A stretch of 64,000 bases of DNA, taken from a virus. Positions 20,265 through 28,978 of this stretch are shown here, piece by piece. Made by a program: the position numbers and the translations under genes. Below the pieces are notes generated by a model, which saw only the letters and a program-made list of their open reading frames with translations, ran no database searches and had not been told where the DNA came from. The stretch's first letter is position 1. Each line of letters begins with the position of its first letter. The stretch lies in the IMG/VR virus record IMGVR_UViG_3300017987_000071, positions 19,733-83,732 of that record; one strand, given 5' to 3'.

Positions 20265-20803
20265 ATGTCTCCAAACTTAACGTCCTTAAACCTCTTCTTA
20301 AGGGATTTCATAAGCACACCCAATGTTTCCCACTTAGCCTTAACATCCTCAAGATTGCTGCCTTCAATAGCACTCGGCAAATCTATATTAAGACTCTTAT
20401 ACTTATCCCAAAACGCTTGGTCGGCCCGCTCATAATCATCTTCCAACGCCAGCACCCCCTGCACCAAGCGAGTCTGGTATTCGGGGTCGCTTCTTCCACC
20501 CTTCTTAGCAAGTCCTTTAAGTTCCCTTAGAAAAATGTCTGCCTCACGCCCTGCTTTCTTGGCAAGGCGCTCATATTCTTTATGGCCTTTGACCCTGGGT
20601 CTCGTCGGCAGGCGACCAGCATCTCGAATCTTCTTGACTACCCATTCTGCAACCTTTCCAAGCGTCCACCCGCCCAGCGCAATTGCTCCTGCCCCCACCA
20701 AACCAATCTCATCGAGTTGCTTTTCGACGAGGCGTCCAGCGAGGTGCTTGGGGTTTTTGCCTTCCAGTACTTGATCCACACATGCACTAATTGCTTGATT
20801 CAT
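20261..20803 (-). CDS. Tagged protein with glycine-rich hydrophobic helix
   Basis: MNQAISACVDQVLEGKNPKHLAGRLVEKQLDE followed by IGLVGAGAIALGGWTLG; GGAG SD. Confidence 0.75.
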   Translation of the reverse strand: MNQAISACVDQVLEGKNPKHLAGRLVEKQLDEIGLVGAGAIALGGWTLGKVAEWVVKKIRDAGRLPTRPRVKGHKEYERLAKKAGREADIFLRELKGLAKKGGRSDPEYQTRLVQGVLALEDDYERADQAFWDKYKSLNIDLPSAIEGSNLEDVKAKWETLGVLMKSLKKRFKDVKFGDI

Positions 20804-20806
20804 CGC

Positions 20807-21481
20807 TTAGCTCCTTTTGCTAATCCTATGGATAATTGCTAACCCGTAACTATGCGGGTAATGCTTCACAACGTAATAGCCTGTAGAGGTTTGGAAACCT
20901 CTAACGAAAGCGGCCTTCTCGTCCAGCGTCCCAAGCGCTACCTCTAGGAGGTGTTTCTCGATGGCTTGGATCACGCCACGATCAGGTTTATTGGTATCAT
21001 GAAATATCATTATACCACCTTGCCTAACAAAAGGCAACCATGCAAGTATTTCTCTGCGGGTCATCTCTGGTTGGTGGCAGGTATCGAGCATCCAAACGTC
21101 GATATCTATGGGGTTGCGCTCATCGGAAGAGCGTGTAGCTCCCCAATACTCTTGGCACCATTGTGGGAAGCGCTTAGCAAACTGCACGCTATCTGCCTGT
21201 ACAAAGGTCCATTCTGAATAAGAGCACACAGAATCACAATTTACGTGATCAACGCTTAGCAAAGCGCTAGAGACGTACTGTGCTACTTGGGCAAGAGCGA
21301 ATGTACTTTCGCCGGAGCGGACACCGAGTTCTACGATGAGCGTAGGCTGAATTGTGATAGTTTCTTGGGCAATTGCTAGGAGATGATCGCTTATATCTGA
21401 CGGGTGTGTGTTGGCGTAATGCTGGACGGCAGCGAGGACGTTGGCTTTGTTCAGTAATACAGACTTTTTATTGTTCTTCAT
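20807..21481 (-). CDS. Class I SAM methyltransferase (Methyltransf_24-like)
   Basis: IVELGVRSGEST, SVD, LDTCH, GGIMIFHD. Confidence 0.85.
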   Translation of the reverse strand: MKNNKKSVLLNKANVLAAVQHYANTHPSDISDHLLAIAQETITIQPTLIVELGVRSGESTFALAQVAQYVSSALLSVDHVNCDSVCSYSEWTFVQADSVQFAKRFPQWCQEYWGATRSSDERNPIDIDVWMLDTCHQPEMTRREILAWLPFVRQGGIMIFHDTNKPDRGVIQAIEKHLLEVALGTLDEKAAFVRGFQTSTGYYVVKHYPHSYGLAIIHRISKRS

Positions 21482-21483
21482 TG

Positions 21484-21876
21484 CTAATCTTCCCAGCGCA
21501 AACCTGGGTTATCATCTCGCTTCCAGCGTTCCACGCAAGGGTCCTTAATCCCCTTGCTAACACGGTCAACATGTTGGTACATTTGCTTAACGTCTTCAGC
21601 AGGATACCACCCACCTTTTAAGCAGACCATCTTGGATTTATATTCTTTACCCAAAATGATGAGGAGTTTCCAGATACGTATGACTCTAGCGAAGACCTTA
21701 ACACCGGGTCGCTCACTGCATACCTCATAGGAGTGCTGACTAAAGAACGTAGAATGCTTTTCCTTAGCAAGTTTAAACGTAGGAGGCCACCACTTGCGTA
21801 TTTCTTTACCTTGCCATGTGCTACCACACAGCGGGCAATGATGTGTACCGTTATCGTTTACTGATATATGCTTCAT
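21484..21876 (-). CDS. Hypothetical zinc-ribbon protein
   Basis: CPLC; tiles with neighbours. Confidence 0.55.
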   Translation of the reverse strand: MKHISVNDNGTHHCPLCGSTWQGKEIRKWWPPTFKLAKEKHSTFFSQHSYEVCSERPGVKVFARVIRIWKLLIILGKEYKSKMVCLKGGWYPAEDVKQMYQHVDRVSKGIKDPCVERWKRDDNPGLRWED

Positions 21877-22219
21877 CTTTTTTACTCCTTTGTTCTAATT
21901 CCTTGCGCCAAGCAGAAAGTTGTGCTTTCAGGTTTTGCCTTCTGCCAGATACTGTAACCTCATCAGAGCGACGCACAGATAGAGTCCAAAAGATACGTTT
22001 ATTCTCCCAGTCACCGCGTAACCATCCGCACACCTCACAGCAACCGCTCTGCCCCCGGTCAAAACGTAGGGCGCTAACTAACGTTGCCACAGAAGTGGGG
22101 CAAGTATCACTAACGTATTCAAGTTTATGCTCCTCAAAGCATGTCTCACAAGCATATAGTCCCATTAGGTTCTCCTTTTTATGCTTACGCCTCCGCTTTT
22201 GCAATCTTAAGCGTACCAA
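21851..22219 (-). CDS. Hypothetical Cys-rich protein (likely start MGLYAC ~22165)
   Basis: CETC...CEVC; AAGGAG SD before the internal ATG. Confidence 0.55.
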   Translation of the reverse strand: MVRLRLQKRRRKHKKENLMGLYACETCFEEHKLEYVSDTCPTSVATLVSALRFDRGQSGCCEVCGWLRGDWENKRIFWTLSVRRSDEVTVSGRRQNLKAQLSAWRKELEQRSKKDEAYISKR

Positions 22220-22388
22220 CCAAGGGTTGTATACTCCGACGTGCTGCTTGCCTATTTTCTGCCTGCTGTGCTAAATCATTCAACACTTGCCTCTGCGTTC
22301 TGCTATAAGGAAACAACTTACAGTCATCGCAATCCTTATCAAAACATACGCAAAAAGAACCATAACGCTTTCCGTTATCAATCCCCAT
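22185..22388 (-). CDS. Small Cys-rich protein
   Basis: CVC...CDDC; GGAG SD. Confidence 0.55.
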   Translation of the reverse strand: MGIDNGKRYGSFCVCFDKDCDDCKLFPYSRTQRQVLNDLAQQAENRQAARRSIQPLVGTLKIAKAEA

Positions 22389-22390
22389 GT

Positions 22391-22621
22391 TTATACTCCT
22401 AAACCCAACCTTGCTAAATCGTATCTGGTTGCAAAACGCTTGGCTGCATCTAGCAATGTAGTGACACGCTTTGCGATTGGGAATGATTCACGAATAGTGA
22501 ATGCAAACTCCCAAGCGGGTTGCACTAGCATTGTGCCTGTTACTTTATTATCCTCAAAAACGATGCCCTCAAAACTAACATTAGTTACTGGTCTTATGTT
22601 AATATCACTTAGTGCCTTCAT
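22391..22621 (-). CDS. Hypothetical protein
   Basis: Tiles in operon. Confidence 0.5.
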   Translation of the reverse strand: MKALSDINIRPVTNVSFEGIVFEDNKVTGTMLVQPAWEFAFTIRESFPIAKRVTTLLDAAKRFATRYDLARLGLGV

Positions 22622-23255
22622 TTGCTACCTTCTGAAGTGCTTCATAGCTTTTGAGTATTGCTTCTGCTTCTTCCAAGGTAATGGGATGCGGAGGGTTATC
22701 ATCCTCCATAACCCAAATCTGCCCAGTGCATCCCCTATTCTTATACCAGGACATAACAACATAACCCTTTACCACATCCTCAGCAGCACTAGGAACCCTC
22801 AACACACCAAACGACCCAGCAGCCAAATCATCTCTGCATTTCCACCCATTACTATCAGATGCCACGTTTACCAAACCACGCAAGGCACTAGCAGTAGCAC
22901 AGTTCCAATTATCCCTAGTAAAGACACCATTAGAGAAAGCACACTTCGGGTCCGACCCTTCCCAATCCTTGCCTTGTTGCTTACAGCGTGGGCAACACTT
23001 AGGTTGTGGTTCTGCTACTTCCTTAAGCAACTTGCATACAACATAAGCATCCTCATGAGTATCTTTAAGACCTGTCACCTTAAAAAGCAAGGCATCATCA
23101 AGAGCCACAGCGAAAGAATGTTGGCAATGAGAACAACGAATCTTAACATCAAAACATATACCACGTTGAGACAGGGTTGAGAAAAACTCACCTGAAATTG
23201 GTATCGAAACGGTGGCAGGCGTACCACAAACCGAACAGCATATTTCTTTAATCAT
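22605..23255 (-). CDS. Cys-rich phage protein
   Basis: CSVC, CSHC, CPRC...GSDPKCAF...NWNCAT...SWYKNRG; GAGGAG SD. Confidence 0.7.
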   Translation of the reverse strand: MIKEICCSVCGTPATVSIPISGEFFSTLSQRGICFDVKIRCSHCQHSFAVALDDALLFKVTGLKDTHEDAYVVCKLLKEVAEPQPKCCPRCKQQGKDWEGSDPKCAFSNGVFTRDNWNCATASALRGLVNVASDSNGWKCRDDLAAGSFGVLRVPSAAEDVVKGYVVMSWYKNRGCTGQIWVMEDDNPPHPITLEEAEAILKSYEALQKVANEGTK

Positions 23256-23392
23256 TTGTTACTCCTCTTATCCGTCATCACAATCTCCTTCCTGCACTTA
23301 GAGCAAAAGAAACCGTAATGCACACTGCCATCTGCTTGCTCAGCACTCCACAATAATGGAGACATAAAATGGTTACAAACTGGGCATCTCAT
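23252..23392 (-). CDS. 46-aa zinc-ribbon protein (below ORF-track cutoff)
   Basis: Hand translation MRCPVCNHF...FCSKCRKE; ATGA overlaps at both ends. Confidence 0.65.
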   Translation of the reverse strand: MRCPVCNHFMSPLLWSAEQADGSVHYGFFCSKCRKEIVMTDKRSNK

Positions 23393-23592
23393 TGTTCTAC
23401 CCTAACGCCCAGCGACTCATCTACACTTATGGTAAATGGCTTCAAGCAACGTGGGCAATCTGGCTCAACAGTCGAATTGCTTTTAGCATTTAAAACTATA
23501 CTGCCAGGCAGCACCACATGCTTCTTGCAGTGTGGGCAGCGAAGTGTTATGCTTTCGTTTATCGGGTCGATACGGTTTACGTCAGTCATCAC
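23389..23592 (-). CDS. Small zinc-ribbon protein
   Basis: CPHC...CPRC; GGAGG SD. Confidence 0.65.
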   Translation of the reverse strand: MMTDVNRIDPINESITLRCPHCKKHVVLPGSIVLNAKSNSTVEPDCPRCLKPFTISVDESLGVRVEQ

Positions 23593-23917
23593 TGTCCTCC
23601 TCGCATACCTTCACACCATGCTTCTCAAGTTCTGCCTTCCAAGCGTCCTGCATTTCTTTAGAGCAGTGTGCCATAGCGTCTAGCCAAGTCGGATATCTCC
23701 CATATGTATTCTGAAATAACACACTGTAATACATAGACTGCTTATTATGTGGCATCCTTGGGTCATGCTTAGTAGCACAAACCTGGCAATGACCCTGGGG
23801 AGGAGAAAGCATGTACATACCTGCCCCCTCACTTTTAGTAGTAGTAGTATTTGAACTCACCTCAAATTCCTTTACGCAAACGCTTAGGGGTAACAAACCC
23901 CAAGCAACCAACACCAT
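23582..23917 (-). CDS. Small Cys/His phage protein (likely start MYMLSPP ~23818)
   Basis: CQVCATKHDP..PHN..S.YY...PTW.DAMAHC pattern. Confidence 0.65.
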   Translation of the reverse strand: MVLVAWGLLPLSVCVKEFEVSSNTTTTKSEGAGMYMLSPPQGHCQVCATKHDPRMPHNKQSMYYSVLFQNTYGRYPTWLDAMAHCSKEMQDAWKAELEKHGVKVCEEDSDD

Positions 23918-24653
23918 GCCCCTTGCGATACAAGAGGCTAAACTTTGTTTTATGTTTCTGCTTCATAGCAAACTTTTCCCAAACCTCTGCCAGTTTGTGA
24001 CCAGGATGGTAAAGATCATCGAAAACGATCACGTCAGCAAACTCACTAACGTTCAGCAAATCTGTCATTGCTGGCACAGGATCATGATCCCCATCAACGG
24101 TAACCAAATCTATCCTTGTATTCGGATTCGCTCGACGCCATTGGGGTATAACTATTTTGCTATCTCCATCCAGATACGTAACTTCACCCTTAAAGTCTCT
24201 AAGTCTATCATCAACATGCTGATGATTCGTGGCACCACAACCACCATGCTTTCCGGTCCACGAATCACAAACATAAATCTGCTCCAACTTAGGAGCATTA
24301 TCTACAACAGCAAATAAACTTCGACCGGTTGCTACCCCAATCTCCATATAGGAGCGAATGTCAAACTTCTTGACGTAGTTTATCAAGAAGTTACTTAGGT
24401 AGTGGTCGGAGTACCGCTGGTTAACTACTCGTAGTTTCATCCTCTTACTCCTTATGCTTTCCATACCCATTAGGAAACCGCCAACGCATTTCTTCAAAGT
24501 CAGCGGCCAACCGCAAAACTTCATGCTTTGCGATATCACTAACCTCCCCCGAATCCCGGTCGCCACGATTATGCTGGACGACATAATCGTGGAACTCACG
24601 GGTATCAAACTCTGGATTCTTTTCAAGAAAACGAGAGTAATATCGCCCACCAT
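23862..24653 (-). CDS. Class I SAM methyltransferase (Methyltransf_24-like); likely start MKLRVV ~24440
   Basis: YMEIGVATGRS, GDSK, VDGDH, VFDD. Confidence 0.85.
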   Translation of the reverse strand: MVGDITLVFLKRIQSLIPVSSTIMSSSIIVATGIRGRLVISQSMKFCGWPLTLKKCVGGFLMGMESIRSKRMKLRVVNQRYSDHYLSNFLINYVKKFDIRSYMEIGVATGRSLFAVVDNAPKLEQIYVCDSWTGKHGGCGATNHQHVDDRLRDFKGEVTYLDGDSKIVIPQWRRANPNTRIDLVTVDGDHDPVPAMTDLLNVSEFADVIVFDDLYHPGHKLAEVWEKFAMKQKHKTKFSLLYRKGHGVGCLGFVTPKRLRKGI

Positions 24654-24696
24654 AAAAGTTATAATAATCGTAAGGCATAACCATAAACCACCTCAA
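24445..24696 (-). CDS. Hypothetical protein
   Basis: Fills the gap before the methyltransferase start. Confidence 0.5.
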   Translation of the reverse strand: MRWFMVMPYDYYNFYGGRYYSRFLEKNPEFDTREFHDYVVQHNRGDRDSGEVSDIAKHEVLRLAADFEEMRWRFPNGYGKHKE

Positions 24697-25109
24697 TTCA
24701 ACCGAAAATCACCAACAAGATTCATCACACCTTGCTTTATTTGATCGCGCTTCTGCGTAAGATCAAAGTAATACTTAGACGCTACAGGATCACCACAACA
24801 ACAACAACACATATAACAAACACAAATAACAACATCAATAGTCTCATGCAAAAACAACTGAATAATATCTGCAAGGCGTGCTGTCTGAACAGGTACACCC
24901 GCTTTACCCAAACTACCTATAGCATCAAAAATAATCACACCCGGCTCCCGCCCACCAAAGTATGAAAGCAACTCGGACTCCATCCCTATAACCGCAGTAT
25001 CATACTCCAACACGCCAATCTTGCCCTCCTCCATAACAGGCACAAACCCACTACCATTAACTGCCTGTACATAGCATGGGCAAGGTTCTCTCATTTTAAC
25101 ATTATCCAT
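24693..25109 (-). CDS. Hypothetical protein with poly-Cys run
   Basis: CVCYMCCCCCG; GGAG SD. Confidence 0.55.
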   Translation of the reverse strand: MDNVKMREPCPCYVQAVNGSGFVPVMEEGKIGVLEYDTAVIGMESELLSYFGGREPGVIIFDAIGSLGKAGVPVQTARLADIIQLFLHETIDVVICVCYMCCCCCGDPVASKYYFDLTQKRDQIKQGVMNLVGDFRLN

Positions 25110-25368
25110 CTATCCACTCCCTTGGTATATCAAACATTTCCAGTGAAACATCCACATCACCTCTGCTTATCGCCCCCTGCAAATAGTAGTTCGTAAAGCA
25201 ACAATGAGCAAACTTTGGTTTAGTGGGGTCATAATCATCCACCATGCCCGTCGCTAAAGGAAACACCTTAGCACCTGTTTGCGTTTTCCTGTAGATATTT
25301 TGTCCCGTTATAGCATATATTGCCTGCCAATCGTTATGCTTCAAATAATACACGCTTAGCTTCCTCAC
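25102..25368 (-). CDS. Hypothetical protein
   Basis: Tiles in operon. Confidence 0.5.
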   Translation of the reverse strand: MRKLSVYYLKHNDWQAIYAITGQNIYRKTQTGAKVFPLATGMVDDYDPTKPKFAHCCFTNYYLQGAISRGDVDVSLEMFDIPREWIDG

Positions 25369-25525
25369 TTAACTCAATCCCATTACCACAAAACGGGCAA
25401 AAGACAACCCGCTCAACAGTTGGTTGCTCAGGAGTAAAATCCCAGAAGGCAACGCCACCACCAAGCGTAGGCAATTCATCACTAAGCACGTCACGCTGGC
25501 AGCTATTACAATAACCTACTTTCAT
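25334..25525 (-). CDS. Small zinc-ribbon protein
   Basis: CNSC...CPFC; GGAGGAG SD. Confidence 0.65.
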   Translation of the reverse strand: MKVGYCNSCQRDVLSDELPTLGGGVAFWDFTPEQPTVERVVFCPFCGNGIELSEEAKRVLFEA

Positions 25526-25848
25526 CCATCAGTTCTCCTCCACGACCCACCTCGCTTATGCTCAGGCAGACTTGCCATAAACTTATATTCTGCTTTCTTA
25601 CAATTGTGAGGGTTGCCACTGCAATATTTTACCCAAGGCAAACCGCCACCCATATAAACATCCTTACCTGCTACCACCTCATAGAAGCTACACACCGAGC
25701 CACAATTCTGTGGCTTACTAGGATTATGTCTTGGCTTTCCCTTCCCCATGCTCGTTGCCTCCACGCTTAACAGGATGTTTAGGGTCCCTATATATCCAAG
25801 CATCTGGCGATGTAGCCCCACCAGTTTCTTGTACGCCCATAGCAGCAA
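25522..25848 (-). CDS. Small Cys-rich protein (likely start MGKGKP ~25749)
   Basis: GGAGG SD before the internal ATG; C..C...C....C. Confidence 0.5.
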   Translation of the reverse strand: MLLWAYKKLVGLHRQMLGYIGTLNILLSVEATSMGKGKPRHNPSKPQNCGSVCSFYEVVAGKDVYMGGGLPWVKYCSGNPHNCKKAEYKFMASLPEHKRGGSWRRTDG

Positions 25849-26089
25849 CCAACTTCTTATCAGGTAACCCCTTTATGAAGTCCTGCCACGCTTCATCCAC
25901 ATCCACCGTATCCTTAATCTCGGATATCTCTTGCGGTTTGCCTTCGCGTTCTACCTCCTCATGGTAGTCCGCCAGCAACCGCAAAGCATCCGACAACCCA
26001 CCGTTAAAGTCATCAGGTAAAGCAAACGCTATAAACTCAGCATACAATATTTTCATCCAGTCATCTCCTTTGCAGTTGAACCTCTGCAC
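25724..26089 (-). CDS. Hypothetical acidic protein
   Basis: AAGGAG SD before MKILY. Confidence 0.55.
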   Translation of the reverse strand: MQRFNCKGDDWMKILYAEFIAFALPDDFNGGLSDALRLLADYHEEVEREGKPQEISEIKDTVDVDEAWQDFIKGLPDKKLVAAMGVQETGGATSPDAWIYRDPKHPVKRGGNEHGEGKAKT

Positions 26090-26092
26090 TAC

Positions 26093-26320
26093 CTATTCTC
26101 CCCTAGCACTAAGTCCGTCGCAGCAACCTCTACACCATTCCTCACTCTCTTCAAATGCAATAGTTGCCCATAACGTAGCAGACACATTGTGAGGATTGTC
26201 TTTAAGAGAATCGCCACGCAACCCAGCAACGAAGCCAGCACAATAAGCACCAACATAAATCTCGTTATCAGGAAGTGTAAACTCATCGTACCCTTCCAAC
26301 TCAGCAATTGATAGCGTCAT
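26093..26320 (-). CDS. RMF-like motif protein
   Basis: AYCAGFVAGLRG...NPH...WCRGCCDG. Confidence 0.6.
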   Translation of the reverse strand: MTLSIAELEGYDEFTLPDNEIYVGAYCAGFVAGLRGDSLKDNPHNVSATLWATIAFEESEEWCRGCCDGLSARGE

Positions 26321-26654
26321 CTTCAGGCTTCCTATTTAATCTCCACAACCTTATATGTTGCCCAGTCATGTTACCATAAAACCAATAACGGCAACACCTA
26401 GCGACAAGACTATCCAAATCGCAAGGATGGGGTGGGCCAAACGGATTATGACCACAACCAGCACCAAACATACCAGCAATAAAACCTCTGTTATACACAG
26501 TAGCAAAAAGAAACTCCTTTGGAGGATCATAACCCTCATATCTCATCAAACCATTACCCATTGAATCCCCCACCCTACTTATTAGGCAAGGGGCAAATAT
26601 GCTCCTTGTCCTGCGGGTCGCAATACACAAGGTTCTTAAGCATAACATGCTCAC
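26301..26654 (-). CDS. RMF-like motif protein (likely start ~26561)
   Basis: VYNRGFIAGMFG...NPF...WFYG. Confidence 0.55.
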   Translation of the reverse strand: MSMLCLRTLCIATRRTRSIFAPCLISRVGDSMGNGLMRYEGYDPPKEFLFATVYNRGFIAGMFGAGCGHNPFGPPHPCDLDSLVARCCRYWFYGNMTGQHIRLWRLNRKPEDDAINC

Positions 26655-27150
26655 CTAAAAAAGGGTTATCTACCTTAGACACAGGCAAATAAAACTTCCC
26701 CCACCCTGACTGCACATATGCTAAAGTCATATGAGGAATGTACTCATCGTGTGTTGGTGGCACACAATCCAACTTGCCAGTAGCATACCCAAACATCGTA
26801 TGGCAATCCAAGGACTTTACGTCCACTTTAAGCACATCTGCTTCCTCGTTCTCGAATAGCGTAATATTCTGCAACTCACACCATAACGTGTTAACAGGAG
26901 CATTTGCTACTGCTTTACGCACCTCGTTAACCGGGGACTTAATCCCCCATTTAACTGTAATATGTGGTGGGGACTTATCCAACGCCTCCACTAACCGACT
27001 ACTAGGAATACGTTTGCCCCAACGTAATACATTATCAGCAATTGCTTTGGGCATCCGTGCTACCAAGCAACCCACCGATTTGTTCTTTCGCTCCTCAAGG
27101 AGCACCGAGCGCCAAAATGTATTTTGGCGTTTTGCAGACTCAATCATCAA
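26575..27150 (-). CDS. 2H phosphoesterase (2'-5' RNA ligase fold), T4 57B/Acb1-like
   Basis: Two HxT motifs, PHITVKWG and PHMTLAYV; GGAGG SD. Confidence 0.85.
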   Translation of the reverse strand: MMIESAKRQNTFWRSVLLEERKNKSVGCLVARMPKAIADNVLRWGKRIPSSRLVEALDKSPPHITVKWGIKSPVNEVRKAVANAPVNTLWCELQNITLFENEEADVLKVDVKSLDCHTMFGYATGKLDCVPPTHDEYIPHMTLAYVQSGWGKFYLPVSKVDNPFLGEHVMLKNLVYCDPQDKEHICPLPNK

Positions 27151-27940
27151 CCTCCTCCTGCTTTTGCTTATATTTAATGCAATGAAAATCGTTATCCACT
27201 AAAGCATTGTTCAATAAAAAACATGCTCCTACATGCGAGTTGCAAGGTTCCCAATGCTCACAATTGCCACAAGCTTCATAACCATCTATGCTCTTAGCTA
27301 AATGCAAAAGTGCATTACAATCAACAAGAAAGTAAGCACAGTAGAAATCAAGGGGAAGATCATGACAATCAAGTTGGGAGCAATAACCGTTAGGATGATA
27401 ATGAATGCAAATATTACAAGCCTCATCCAACAAACCAAGCCTACCTAGCAATTTAGCAGCACGCCCAAACTCACCTATAGTTGCTTCCTCCAACTCATTT
27501 TCCAATAACTCCTGTATATCCTCCTCTTGCTCTAAATCCTTATTGTATTTCAAATGCTGCCACAACATACACTTTTGCCAATGAACTTCATCAAATATCC
27601 TAAGAGACCGCTGTAACTCCCAACGCTCCCCACTCTTGGTTTTCACCTTATAGCGATGAGTCCAACCACAAGCTTGCACATCAACAACCTCACCATCCCA
27701 GGCACACAACGCTATACCCGGCCTGACAACAGATACACGCTGTCCTTTGCGAAACTCTTGCTTACACATTTTGCTGTCTCCAATCAGGGCAAACCTTCTT
27801 ACCAACCCTATGCCACATATGCAATGTAAAAGGATGCCGAGGTGGGCGACCTTTAGCATAAGCCCACTGATCATAGTTCTTACATGCCTGCTCATACTCA
27901 GTCTGGGGAGGCAACACCAACAATACTTCCTGATTCTCAC
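27140..27940 (-). CDS. SH3/KOW-like plus Cys-repeat protein (likely start MCKQEF ~27769)
   Basis: FRKGQRVSV...GEVV; repeated CxxCxH...C...C units. Confidence 0.55.
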   Translation of the reverse strand: MRIRKYCWCCLPRLSMSRHVRTMISGLMLKVAHLGILLHCICGIGLVRRFALIGDSKMCKQEFRKGQRVSVVRPGIALCAWDGEVVDVQACGWTHRYKVKTKSGERWELQRSLRIFDEVHWQKCMLWQHLKYNKDLEQEEDIQELLENELEEATIGEFGRAAKLLGRLGLLDEACNICIHYHPNGYCSQLDCHDLPLDFYCAYFLVDCNALLHLAKSIDGYEACGNCEHWEPCNSHVGACFLLNNALVDNDFHCIKYKQKQEEVDD

Positions 27941-28190
27941 TGATAAAGTAACCCCTTACATCCTGTATATCTTGCAAACTTGGCAACGCAGAAGCACGAC
28001 TAACAGATAAATGCTGCCACAAACCATCACTATACTTCTCTTCTGATAAAATCACAGCAAGGCCATCCTCTTCTCGCGTATAGGCTTTTGCCCCAGGCAA
28101 AACCTCCAAAACTCTCTCAACCCACTTACTCATAATCACCCCCCAACAAAACACTAACGCAGACAGCAATGCTAACTGCACATAACCCAA
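27762..28190 (-). CDS. Phage protein with WxHLSVS motif (likely start MSKWVE)
   Basis: WQHLSVSR..LPS...PP..EY...HPFTLHMW. Confidence 0.7.
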   Translation of the reverse strand: MGYVQLALLSALVFCWGVIMSKWVERVLEVLPGAKAYTREEDGLAVILSEEKYSDGLWQHLSVSRASALPSLQDIQDVRGYFISENQEVLLVLPPQTEYEQACKNYDQWAYAKGRPPRHPFTLHMWHRVGKKVCPDWRQQNV

Positions 28191-28218
28191 CCAAATAATT
28201 CACAGTGTCCCCTTTATT

Positions 28219-28644
28219 CTAGCACAGCAACGACAAAGCAAATAGCAATGCTAGATGCCACACGTTATCCACAACAATGACAAATGTAATATACGTTCCT
28301 GGAAAATGTTCCTGGAAATGCTTAAACTGGCCACGCCATTGCATCATCAACTGAGGCAACCTCAACCAGTCCTGAACGCTATGGGTAATCCAAAGAATCA
28401 ACACACACCACCAAGGCCACCGGCGACCTACAGCATAACCACAACCATAAATGCTTAGAGTAACCAATGCCCCATGAAACAGTGCGATAAGCAAACCCAA
28501 CCAGCGCCGGTTCTTCCATTGCTTATTATTCGCTTCCCAATCAGACTGCAAAATATAATCACCAATCAATAACCCAATCAAATAATCCATACTTATCTCC
28601 TTTGTCCAACGGCAGCAGAGTGCCATGCTTCTCTGCTGCCCCAA
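28219..28644 (-). CDS. DUF3307-like membrane protein (likely start MDYLIG ~28590)
   Basis: GDYILQ, HG, HSVQD, DNVWH motifs with TM helices; GGAG SD. Confidence 0.75.
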   Translation of the reverse strand: MGQQRSMALCCRWTKEISMDYLIGLLIGDYILQSDWEANNKQWKNRRWLGLLIALFHGALVTLSIYGCGYAVGRRWPWWCVLILWITHSVQDWLRLPQLMMQWRGQFKHFQEHFPGTYITFVIVVDNVWHLALLFALSLLC

Positions 28645-28686
28645 ATATAAACTTACCTTCTAGCTTATTCTATTATGCCAAAAAGA

Positions 28687-28923
28687 TTATCTAAACCCCG
28701 TGGGGTAGTCCACACCTGCAAACAACCCACTGGCAAACCCTCCTAGCGTATACGATTTAACTGTTCTTTGCTGTTGCGAATTATAAGAAGGTAAGATACA
28801 CAAGTACCGAAGTTTGTGGATAGGATTACCGTTAGGCAAAATCTTCAAATACTGAATAACACAAACCATCACGGCTTTCGGATACTTGCCAAATAATCTA
28901 TAACCACAATCAAGTTCACTCAT
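28687..28923 (-). CDS. Hypothetical protein
   Basis: Isolated ORF with weak SD. Confidence 0.35.
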   Translation of the reverse strand: MSELDCGYRLFGKYPKAVMVCVIQYLKILPNGNPIHKLRYLCILPSYNSQQQRTVKSYTLGGFASGLFAGVDYPTGFR

Positions 28924-28978
28924 AATCCCACCAAACTACTGTACACAACCTGGGAATTTCGCCATAAACGTACACTAG

